DNA of 38,157 nt, from assembly GCA_009780445.1 (NCBI GenBank), contig WRAA01000001.1, positions 1 to 38,157 on the forward strand, written 5' to 3'. A model generated the notes under the pieces. It worked only from the letters and a program-made list of their open reading frames with translations. It had not been told where the DNA came from and did no database searches. Of this stretch, positions 17,658-24,915 are shown in pieces. Within the stretch, counting starts at the first letter, position 1; every line of letters starts with the position of its first letter. The translations under genes and the position numbers were made by a program. The DNA is from Defluviitaleaceae bacterium (GTDB lineage Bacteria > Bacillota > Clostridia > Lachnospirales > WRAA01).

Positions 17658-20543
17658 TTATAACAGCTGGCTCTTTATCATGCAATAGTCGCGCAGGTAG
17701 TCCGCCACCAGTTCCTCCACCTTGTCGTAGCGGAACATCTGCTCGTAGATCAGGGCGTTGTTCAGCATGAAGTAGGGGTCCGGGGAGTGTTCCCGTAGGG
17801 TATTCTCCGTGCAGGCCATGGTGGCGGGCTTGGTGTCCACCGAGCCGGACTTCGATATTTCGGAGAAATAGTATTCGATATTTTCGCCCGAGAACTGCAC
17901 GATGTGGCATGTGTAGATTCCGAAGAACAGGTAGTTCATGGGTGTGCGGGCGAAGTCGGCGTCCTGCGAATATCTGTACGCAAGGTACACGTCCTTGCCC
18001 GGTTGTGTCCTGTATGTGAAGGGTGTGTTCTTTACAAGATACGAACCGAACACACTTTTGTCTTTAACAAGGCGAAACGGCGGCAGAAGCACCCCGCGTG
18101 ACTGCATGGACGCGAAGGCGCGGCGCAGGATATAGTCGGACGACGATGTGGACACGCCGCCCTCGAGATAGGCGTACACAAGGCCGCATCCTAAACGGAT
18201 GTCGCCGTACTTGATAAACTGCCGCTCCATGATGTCGATGACGGCGTGGTCGGGAACTGTGCCGCGCACCATACATTCATAGGTGCCGAACTCCAGGAAG
18301 GGCGCGACAAGGGCGTGGCGGGGGTCGTTGGCATAGAGCCGCGTGAATACGCGCTGTGCGCCCGCGCTGAACGTGTGGGTGAACAGGCTGTCGGAGATGA
18401 TCTTTTCGTCCACGCGGATGTCGTCCGCGCCAAGCTGGTGCAGGGCGGCGGAGAGCGCGTGCCATTCCTCCTGCGTTCCGCGGTAGTATTGTATCACAAC
18501 TTCCAGAAAAGCTTTGTCGAACCATGACTTTAGAATCATTTCATAGGCCACGTTGGTGATGATCGGCACCAGGGCCTGTTTGTCGGGGCTTTGGGGTGCT
18601 ACGTTGGCCACGGTGAGGATGCGCACCAGAGCCTTGAAGATGGTGCGTTCCTTGATGCAGTGGGGCTTTGTCGAAATGAGGCGTGCGGCGGGTTCGAGCC
18701 GCGCCGCTTCCATGTAGACCTCCAGCATCTTCTCGACGTGCTTGTCGCTGATGTACTTGCCGTCGATCTTGGCGAAGTTGTCCAGTGCGGCGGAATGATT
18801 GTCCAGTGCGGCGCAGATGCCGCCCAGAGCCGCCGTGGCGCGGGTGGTAAAGGATTCGGAAACCGTGGTAAGTGCCAGGCTCTTGCCCAGTATCTCCACG
18901 CCGAAGGCCAGCCTGTCCGCGTGTTTGGCGGCCTTGCGCACAGACTTGTCCAGCGCGTCCTCCAGAGATATGAAGTAGCGCGAAAGGGCGATCAGCAGGT
19001 TGTCGCTGTGTGCCTCCCTGTTGTAGCAGGCCTTTAGCATGTCGAAGTTTGGGCGCGGCGTAAGCTTGGCCACGCGCACGTCACATTCGCAGATGCGGCG
19101 CATGTCCGCCGTGAAGCACACAAAGGTGAAGTCGGCGTCGGCGGCGTAGACGCGGGCGCGTCCGTCCGCCACGTCATAGGGCTGCTGGACAGACTTTTCG
19201 CGCTCGTTGACCCACACCAGAGCCACGCCGGGGTCGGCGAACTCCAGGTCGTAGGCGAAGAGGCTCGGCCAGAGCTTGGCCGATATCGCGCCGTAGTAGT
19301 ACGCAAGGCTTGCCAAAGCCTTGTTGCCGCTTAGAACGCAGTCGGTCAGGCTGATGTTGTTGCGCTGTTCAAACTCGATGCAATATTCCGCGAAACGTTT
19401 GTAGCTGCTGTTGACGTAACGGGCGGAACTGCTGTCGTGCAGCTTGTTGTCGCAGGCATAACAAGCGAACTCCAGTATGCCGTCGTGGTACGCGGGGGCG
19501 AGATCCGCCAGCTTCTTGGTGGTCAGCAGCTTGTGGTATACGTAGGCGGCCAGCCGTGCGTCCTCCGGGTCGTCCAGCGAGAGGGTGTTGGCGTCCAGAA
19601 ACTGTTTCAGCGAATGGCGCGATATTTCGTCCAGCCGGTTGCGGTAGGCGGAGCGCACCACGGCGTTTGCAAGGCCGGGCAGATCCAGCTGCCTGTTCTC
19701 GGCCAAACGGTAGTACTTGCAGGCGTTGCGGCTGTAGTCGCCGGTTTCCAGCAAGCGGGTGACAAGCTTGGCAAGCAGCCATTCGCCGTCACACACGGAC
19801 AGCAGAGCGTCGTAACACGTGTAGGACACTCTGCCGGCGAAGCCCAGGTTGGGCGCGTAGAAGTCGAGCATGGGGCCGATGTCCAGCCCGCGGGTTACGC
19901 ACCAGAGGAATGTGTCTACCAAGAAGGTGTGGCTGCCTTCGATGGCCGGCTTGCTGCCCAGCAGCTTGTATGTGTGGGCGTAGAGGTACGCGCCTGTGTA
20001 GCCGCGCTCGCGGGAGTTACGCAGAGCCCGGAAGCTGTCGGCGTGCCGCCCCGCCGCGGCAAGAGCCGCGCCCAGCACGCACATAACAAATCCGCCGCGC
20101 TCAAGATCCCCGCGGGACAGGCGTTCCGTCACAAAGTCCTCCAGAGTGCTAACGGCCTTGGCGAAGTCCGCGTCGTTTCCGGCGCGGCGGGCGAGTTCGG
20201 CCTGGAAGTACCACAGGAGGGCATAGGCGGCGTGGTCGTTGTTCTTGTAGAAGTTGCGGTATGTTCGGAGCTGGCGCAGATGGTCGCCGGCGGTTTCGTT
20301 GTTGCCAAGCTCTATGTTTACGAAGATGAGCGCGAGAAGAAGCTCGATGCTGCCGGGTTTGCGCGCGAAGGACGTCACCGCGGCGTGGTTGGCTTCGTGC
20401 AGAAGCTCCCGCCTGCCGGTCACAAAGAAGCATTGCCACAACAAGCCCACGGCCGCCGTGATGTCGGTGACGGAGCTTTCCGGGCGGCTCAGTACGGCGC
20501 GGCATTTGTTCAGTTTTGCGTGTAGGCGTGCTTCGTGGCTCAC
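17658..20543 (-). CDS. 961-aa protein of unknown function (mostly alpha-helical by composition; cytoplasmic)
   Basis: Long uninterrupted ORF with normal codon and amino-acid composition. The GTG start overlaps the upstream stop (GTGA at 20540-20543) and is preceded by AGGAG. There is no signal peptide, TM segment or catalytic motif I can recognise. Confidence 0.7.
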   Translation of the reverse strand: MSHEARLHAKLNKCRAVLSRPESSVTDITAAVGLLWQCFFVTGRRELLHEANHAAVTSFARKPGSIELLLALIFVNIELGNNETAGDHLRQLRTYRNFYKNNDHAAYALLWYFQAELARRAGNDADFAKAVSTLEDFVTERLSRGDLERGGFVMCVLGAALAAAGRHADSFRALRNSRERGYTGAYLYAHTYKLLGSKPAIEGSHTFLVDTFLWCVTRGLDIGPMLDFYAPNLGFAGRVSYTCYDALLSVCDGEWLLAKLVTRLLETGDYSRNACKYYRLAENRQLDLPGLANAVVRSAYRNRLDEISRHSLKQFLDANTLSLDDPEDARLAAYVYHKLLTTKKLADLAPAYHDGILEFACYACDNKLHDSSSARYVNSSYKRFAEYCIEFEQRNNISLTDCVLSGNKALASLAYYYGAISAKLWPSLFAYDLEFADPGVALVWVNEREKSVQQPYDVADGRARVYAADADFTFVCFTADMRRICECDVRVAKLTPRPNFDMLKACYNREAHSDNLLIALSRYFISLEDALDKSVRKAAKHADRLAFGVEILGKSLALTTVSESFTTRATAALGGICAALDNHSAALDNFAKIDGKYISDKHVEKMLEVYMEAARLEPAARLISTKPHCIKERTIFKALVRILTVANVAPQSPDKQALVPIITNVAYEMILKSWFDKAFLEVVIQYYRGTQEEWHALSAALHQLGADDIRVDEKIISDSLFTHTFSAGAQRVFTRLYANDPRHALVAPFLEFGTYECMVRGTVPDHAVIDIMERQFIKYGDIRLGCGLVYAYLEGGVSTSSSDYILRRAFASMQSRGVLLPPFRLVKDKSVFGSYLVKNTPFTYRTQPGKDVYLAYRYSQDADFARTPMNYLFFGIYTCHIVQFSGENIEYYFSEISKSGSVDTKPATMACTENTLREHSPDPYFMLNNALIYEQMFRYDKVEELVADYLRDYCMIKSQLL

Positions 20544-21736
20544 TCCAAATCTCCTATCGTGACGCTCTGTGTGCGTGTGAAGGTTCGGTCGTCCTGCGAA
20601 ATGTGTACGTACAGCTCCCCCGTGATGGTGGGCTGTTTCTTGATGAGCATTTGCGCTATCTGTAACGGCGAGAGCTTGGCCGTAAAGCCGATCTGCGTTT
20701 CACCGGGCGGGATGTCGCGGCTGTCCTTGTTGTCCGGCCTGATAAAGCTGTCGGAAACGCTAAGTTCCAGCCTTGCGGGGCGGCCGCTTAAATTGCGCAC
20801 GACCAGCACGCCGCGGCTGCCCGTCTTGAAGTAGGCGTTGTTGACGTGGCAGGAGAAGTCCGCGCCGGCCTTCACCTTTACGCCGATCTCGATGCTGCCG
20901 ATGGTTAAAACGTCGCTGACGCGGCTTGTGCGGATCTTGGCCGGGTTGATGGTGTAGGTCAGTGTGGCGGTGTCTCCGCCGTCGAAGTCGTGTTCGGTGA
21001 TGAGATCCTTCTGCGGGACAAGCCAGGCCGAGGCATACTTCACGCGCACCGCGTCCTCGAAACTGCCCCACAGGCCGCGGTGCAGTGTGACGGAACCTTG
21101 CAGAGGGTCGCGCGCGTGGAGGATAACCTCATGTTCGCGGGAGGTTTCGCCGCGCACGCTCAGTGTCACGGGGTTCTTGAGCTTGTGCAGCACAAGGAAG
21201 GCCTCCAGGGACAGGCGCGGCGACGGCGCCTTGCGCAGGCTCCTGTAAATGTCGGGGTAGGCCGTGCCGTGTTCCTCCAGCCAGTTGGCAAACTCCTCCG
21301 ACACGAATACGGCCGCGGCCTGCGCGGGCTGTTTGCGGGCATATGCCGCGAAGTCTTTCAGCCCGGTAAGCTTTGCGCCGTCCGGCTCCAGAGTCCGCGC
21401 GACAATCTTGACCACGGCGGGGATCTGCATTTCGCCGCCGTTGGTGCGCAGCAGTATGCCTGTGTGGATGATTTCGCCGGCGCGGTACTTGCCGGGCGGC
21501 ACGCTGTAGCCCAGACGGAAGCTGTTGGCGCAGAAGCTCCCGCTTTCCAGCGTTAGCACAGGCCCCGACGGCACGGCTGTGCCCTCCAGTGTCTGCCCGC
21601 CGGTATTCTTGAGGGTGATCGCGCCGGAGGTGCCGGCGGCGGTGGTCTCGATAACCAGCTTGCCGCTGTGCAGCCTGTCGCCGCCAAGCACCAGCTTTGG
21701 CAGAGGATACTCAAGATGATGTGTGTTAATGTTCAT
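20540..21736 (-). CDS. 398-aa protein of unknown function (beta-rich by composition, possibly Ig-like sandwich repeats)
   Basis: The ORF overlaps the upstream gene by 11 nt, with GGGGG 7 nt before the ATG. Alternating polar/hydrophobic beta-strand-like patterning is seen (e.g. GKLVIETTAAGTSGAITLKNTGG, GELYVHISQDDRTFTRTQSVTIG). No signal peptide. Confidence 0.65.
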   Translation of the reverse strand: MNINTHHLEYPLPKLVLGGDRLHSGKLVIETTAAGTSGAITLKNTGGQTLEGTAVPSGPVLTLESGSFCANSFRLGYSVPPGKYRAGEIIHTGILLRTNGGEMQIPAVVKIVARTLEPDGAKLTGLKDFAAYARKQPAQAAAVFVSEEFANWLEEHGTAYPDIYRSLRKAPSPRLSLEAFLVLHKLKNPVTLSVRGETSREHEVILHARDPLQGSVTLHRGLWGSFEDAVRVKYASAWLVPQKDLITEHDFDGGDTATLTYTINPAKIRTSRVSDVLTIGSIEIGVKVKAGADFSCHVNNAYFKTGSRGVLVVRNLSGRPARLELSVSDSFIRPDNKDSRDIPPGETQIGFTAKLSPLQIAQMLIKKQPTITGELYVHISQDDRTFTRTQSVTIGDLE

Positions 21737-22946
21737 GCCGATGCCCCCGCAACTCGTCCAGACGTATGTCGATCTGCTCCTTCACCGCGGCTATGGCGCG
21801 GACTTCGTTGCGCCCCTGCTCGTCCAGCCTGTCGGCGATGTTGCGCAGGGTCTGCGCAAGGTCTTGGTTCGTGCGTGTCATGTTGCTTACGCTGTCCTCC
21901 AGGCCGGATGTTAGGTTGTTCAGAGAGCGCGACACGTGGTGATCCAGCATTGTGCCGAAACCTTCGCCCAGCTTGCGGGTCAGATCCTCCAGCACGGATT
22001 CATAGTTCTTCACGGCCTTGTCGGGCGAGTGGCGTTCAAGCTCTGTCAGCATGTTGGCCAGTGTGCCGGCTACGTCGGAAAATTGGGTTATGGCGTGGAG
22101 CAGCCTCTCGTTGGACTGGTTCGCCCCGTGCTGGAGCTGTGCGGCGCGTGATATCTGGTCGTTCCAGCGGCTCATGGGTTCTTTCAGCAAGGTGTCTACG
22201 TCGGCCAGCTTGATGAGGGTGTGTTCGATACTGCGCGACATATCGCCGAGGCTCTTGCTTACGGCGGCCGAAACGGTTTCGCCGGACATACGGGATGCGG
22301 CGGAGAACGCGTCGGACTGTGCCTTGATGGCCTCTTGCAGGGTGCCGCGCAGGATGGTGAGGTTGGCCGTGATGTCCGGCGTGAAGAACTTGGCGGCTTC
22401 GCGCGTGACATAGGACGCGGCTTCGTGGTGCAGCTGTTCCCGCGCGAGGCGCACGTCAAACACTGCGCTAAGCAGGCGAAGCGCCAGCCACAGCGCGGCC
22501 GCGCTAAGCCCGAAGGCTATGCGGGCTTCGTCGAACACAAGGGCAAGAAGCAGCCCCGCCGGCACGATCGAACGCTCGAAGCCTTCCGCAAAGCGCAGCA
22601 CGCCGGAGAAGCTCCAGCCGAACGCGCCCAAGCGGCCTATGTGCATGTCTGCGATATCGCGGACGTTGGCCGTAGTTATGCCGCTTTCGCACAGGCCGAT
22701 GTACTCCCGCGCCACGCTTGTGAGTATGCCGGCGCGGCCGTCCTTCAGCTCGTGCAGGGTCTTGGCCGCGCTTCGCGAATTCTTCCACACAAGGCCGCGC
22801 TGGCCTTGGTATACAAGGTAGAGCGATATGCGCAGCACGGCGGTGACGGCGGCGACGCCCAGCAGGGCGATGTACGCCGCAAAGGCGTTGCCGGAGTGGT
22901 TTATGGCGTTAAAGAACTGTAGCAGCTCGTAGAAGTATTGTGGCAT
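21726..22946 (-). CDS. membrane protein with about 3 TM segments and a ~230-aa C-terminal coiled-coil/helical tail, first gene of the cluster
   Basis: 406 aa. Hydrophobic segments are AFAAYIALLGVAAVTAVLRISLYLV, SIVPAGLLLALVF and AFGLSAAALWLALRLLSAVF. A long Ser/Leu/Glu/Arg-rich helical region follows. The ATG overlaps the glyQS stop (TAATG at 22944-22948). Confidence 0.7.
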   Translation of the reverse strand: MPQYFYELLQFFNAINHSGNAFAAYIALLGVAAVTAVLRISLYLVYQGQRGLVWKNSRSAAKTLHELKDGRAGILTSVAREYIGLCESGITTANVRDIADMHIGRLGAFGWSFSGVLRFAEGFERSIVPAGLLLALVFDEARIAFGLSAAALWLALRLLSAVFDVRLAREQLHHEAASYVTREAAKFFTPDITANLTILRGTLQEAIKAQSDAFSAASRMSGETVSAAVSKSLGDMSRSIEHTLIKLADVDTLLKEPMSRWNDQISRAAQLQHGANQSNERLLHAITQFSDVAGTLANMLTELERHSPDKAVKNYESVLEDLTRKLGEGFGTMLDHHVSRSLNNLTSGLEDSVSNMTRTNQDLAQTLRNIADRLDEQGRNEVRAIAAVKEQIDIRLDELRGHRHEH

Positions 22947-24349
22947 TAGAACTTCAACATCTCGTCAAGGTAGGCGGCGAGAGCAACGATGGGTATACGT
23001 TCCTGCTCCATGCTGTCGCGTTCGCGCACGGTTACTGCGCCGTCCTCCGGGGAGTCGAAGTCGTAGGTGATACAGAACGGCGTGCCGGCTTCGTCCTGCC
23101 GGCGGTAGCGTTTGCCGATGGAGCCGGCTTCGTCATAGTCGCAGGGGAAGAGGGCGGAGAGTTCTTGGTAGATCTCGTTCGCGCCGTCGGCCAGCTTTCT
23201 GGAAAGGGGAAGCACGGCGGCCTTGACGGGCGCAAGGGCGGGGTGGAAGCGCATGACGGTTCGGATGTCGCCTTCGGCCACTTCCTCTTCGTCATAAGCG
23301 TCGCACAGGAAGGCCAGCAGAACACGGTCCACGCCCAGCGAAGGTTCGATGCAGTACGGCACGTACTTCCTTGCTTCGCGCCCTTCCTCCGCCGCTTCGA
23401 TCACGTACATTTCTTCGTTAGAGTGCTTCATGTGTTGTGTGAGGTCGTAGTCTGTGCGGTTGGCCACGCCCCAGAGTTCGCCCCAGCCGAAGGGGAAGAG
23501 GTACTCGATATCCGTGGTGGCTGTGGAGTAGTGGGAGAGGTGTTCCGGCGCGTGGTTGGACAGGCGCAGGTTGTCCTCGGACATGCCCAGGCTAAGGAGC
23601 CAGTCTACGCAGAAGCGTTTCCAGTGTACGAACCATTCCATGTCGGTGCCGGGTTCGCAGAAGAACTCCAGCTCCATCTGCTCGAATTCCCGCGTGCGGA
23701 AGATGAAGTTGCCCGGGGTGATCTCGTTGCGGAAGGACTTGCCGATCTGCGCTATGCCGAAGGGGATCTTCTTGCGGGACGTGCGCTGTACGTTCTTGAA
23801 GTTTACGAAGATGCCCTGCGCCGTCTCCGGGCGCAGATAGACGGCGTTCTTGCTGTCCTCCGTCACGCCGGCGTGGGTTTTAAACATCAGGTTGAAGGTG
23901 CGGATGTCCGTGAAGTTGGTCTTGCCGCAGCTTGGGCAGGGTATGCCGTGTTCGGCTATATAGGCCGATAGGCGTTCGTTGCTCCAGCCGCCCAGGTTCG
24001 GCTCTTCGCCGTGGGCCTTCATGAAGTCCTCCACCATGTTGTCGGCGCGGAAGCGTTCCTTGCACTCCTTGCAGTCCATCAGCGGATCCGAAAAGCCGCC
24101 GACATGGCCGGAGGCCACCCACACCTGCGAGTTCATGAGGATGGCGGAGTCTACGCCGACGTTTATCGGGCATTCCTGCACAAACTTCTTCCACCACGCG
24201 CGTTTTATGTTGTTCTTCAGCTCTACGCCCAGCGGGCCGTAATCCCAGCTGTTTGCCAGCCCGCCATATATCTGGGATCCGGGATACACAAACCCGCGGC
24301 TCTTGCAAAGCGCGACTATCTTCTCCATCGTCTTGCCTGTAGTATCCAT
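22946..24349 (-). CDS. glyQS: glycine--tRNA ligase (alpha2 type)
   Basis: [47 protein letters not shown] is a typical GlyQS N-terminus. The ATG at 24349 is preceded by AAGGAGA at 7-nt spacing, giving 467 aa. The longer track ORF (to 24445) adds a Cys/Arg-rich extension without an RBS. Confidence 0.93.
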   Translation of the reverse strand: MDTTGKTMEKIVALCKSRGFVYPGSQIYGGLANSWDYGPLGVELKNNIKRAWWKKFVQECPINVGVDSAILMNSQVWVASGHVGGFSDPLMDCKECKERFRADNMVEDFMKAHGEEPNLGGWSNERLSAYIAEHGIPCPSCGKTNFTDIRTFNLMFKTHAGVTEDSKNAVYLRPETAQGIFVNFKNVQRTSRKKIPFGIAQIGKSFRNEITPGNFIFRTREFEQMELEFFCEPGTDMEWFVHWKRFCVDWLLSLGMSEDNLRLSNHAPEHLSHYSTATTDIEYLFPFGWGELWGVANRTDYDLTQHMKHSNEEMYVIEAAEEGREARKYVPYCIEPSLGVDRVLLAFLCDAYDEEEVAEGDIRTVMRFHPALAPVKAAVLPLSRKLADGANEIYQELSALFPCDYDEAGSIGKRYRRQDEAGTPFCITYDFDSPEDGAVTVRERDSMEQERIPIVALAAYLDEMLKF

Positions 24350-24389
24350 GCGATATCTCCTTCGATTACGTAATTCTTCCATTATCTTT

Positions 24390-24417
24390 ATGATACAGCA
24401 TTTTGAGCATTTGTCAA
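24390..24417 (-). promoter_or_regulatory. candidate sigma-A promoter for glyQS
   Basis: The minus strand reads TTGACA (24417-24412), a 16-nt spacer, then TATCAT (24395-24390). This leaves a leader of only ~35 nt. Confidence 0.4.
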
Positions 24418-24500
24418 GGTTTTGACTTCGACACGCGCGACACACGGCAATTTGGCCGGAGGAATAGTTTGTAAGTTCAGAAGATTATCTTTTAAAGGTA

Positions 24501-24529
24501 TTGCAAAACAGTTGTATCCGGTGTATAAT
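24501..24529 (+). promoter_or_regulatory. strong sigma-A-type promoter driving a non-coding transcript
   Basis: TTGCAA (24501-24506), a 17-nt spacer, then TGtATAAT with a perfect TATAAT at 24524-24529. No ORF or RBS follows it. Confidence 0.55.
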
Positions 24530-24535
24530 ATGGGT

Positions 24536-24672
24536 ATACTAAAAGAGAGCGCGTGGGTGCGCCCTCTCCGTCAGCAGATTGTTCGGCAAGTTATGACCGG
24601 ACGCTAATCTAATTAAAAGCATTAACGAGAAATAAGCCCTACTTGTAGAAGATGGGGGCTTATTTCTTTGTG
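24536..24672 (+). ncRNA. candidate ~135-nt small RNA, convergent with and 3'-overlapping the small peptide gene (putative type I antitoxin)
   Basis: It is bounded by the promoter above and the intrinsic terminator at 24629-24672. It has a 5' hairpin GAGAGcGCG...CGCcCUCUC (24545-24569) and no plausible ORF. The ends are inferred, not measured. Confidence 0.4.
24629..24672. terminator. bidirectional intrinsic terminator shared by two convergent small transcription units
   Basis: An 11-bp stem GAAATAAGCCC (24629-24639) / GGGCTTATTTC (24656-24666) encloses a 16-nt loop. A T-rich run follows on the plus strand (TTTCTTTGTGTTCTT) and another follows on the minus strand (TTATTTCTCGTT). Confidence 0.6.
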
Positions 24673-24746
24673 TTCTTATATGCCAAGTACATCAAAGTTA
24701 CTGACGTAACAGTAAGAAGCAAGTACAACACTTCAAACATGGTCAT
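24660..24746 (-). CDS. 28-aa hydrophobic peptide MTMFEVLYLLLTVTSVTLMYLAYKNTKK (candidate type I toxin / small membrane protein)
   Basis: Not in the ORF track because it is too short. The ATG at 24746 is preceded by AAAGGAGG (24755-24762) at 8-nt spacing. It has a single TM-length hydrophobic core and a basic KNTKK tail. The TAA stop sits inside the terminator stem. Confidence 0.5.
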   Translation of the reverse strand: MTMFEVLYLLLTVTSVTLMYLAYKNTKK

Positions 24747-24802
24747 AGGCCATTCCTCCTTTCGGAAGTCCGGCCACACAAGCCCCGCAATCTGCTTGCG
24801 CA

Positions 24803-24832
24803 ATTATAGCACATACATTATGGAAATAGCAA
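24803..24832 (-). promoter_or_regulatory. candidate sigma-A promoter for the small peptide gene
   Basis: The minus strand reads TTGCTA (24832-24827), an 18-nt spacer, then TGcTATAAT (perfect TATAAT at 24808-24803). The predicted ~50-nt 5'UTR contains the hairpin CUUCC-GAAA-GGAGG, which buries the SD (24748-24775). Confidence 0.5.
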
Positions 24833-24850
24833 GCCCGCGACAAACGCTGC

Positions 24851-24879
24851 TGGACAACGTTTAAGCAGGATGGTATATT
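24851..24879 (+). promoter_or_regulatory. candidate sigma-A promoter for pepP
   Basis: TGGACA (24851-24856), a 17-nt spacer, then TGgTATATT (-10 at 24874-24879), ~37 nt upstream of the pepP ATG. Confidence 0.4.
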
Positions 24880-24915
24880 ATATTGGAGTGAACAAATTAC
24901 GGGTTGGAGGGGCAT

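Noticed and set aside
24350-24445. 32-codon N-terminal extension of glyQS ([17 protein letters not shown]...)
   Set aside because: There is no RBS, and the Cys/Arg-rich sequence is unlike GlyRS. The ATG at 24349 has AAGGAGA upstream and gives a typical 467-aa protein.
24350-24660. Glycine T-box riboswitch upstream of glyQS
   Set aside because: It is expected from Bacillus biology, so I read the minus strand specifically for it. There is no GGTGGTACCGCG-like T-box sequence, no specifier-loop layout, and a promoter-like element sits only ~40 nt from the start codon. A covariance-model scan would be the decisive test.
24536-24672. Identity of the plus-strand small RNA as a known family (SRP/4.5S, 6S, glycine/ZTP/fluoride/preQ1 riboswitch)
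   Set aside because: None of the conserved cores I can recall is present (for example, the SRP GGAA/AGCA domain IV, the glycine-riboswitch ACCGAAGGGGCAA, or the ZTP CCGCCTGGGC). It is also followed by its own terminator more than 230 nt before pepP. It is kept only as an anonymous candidate sRNA.
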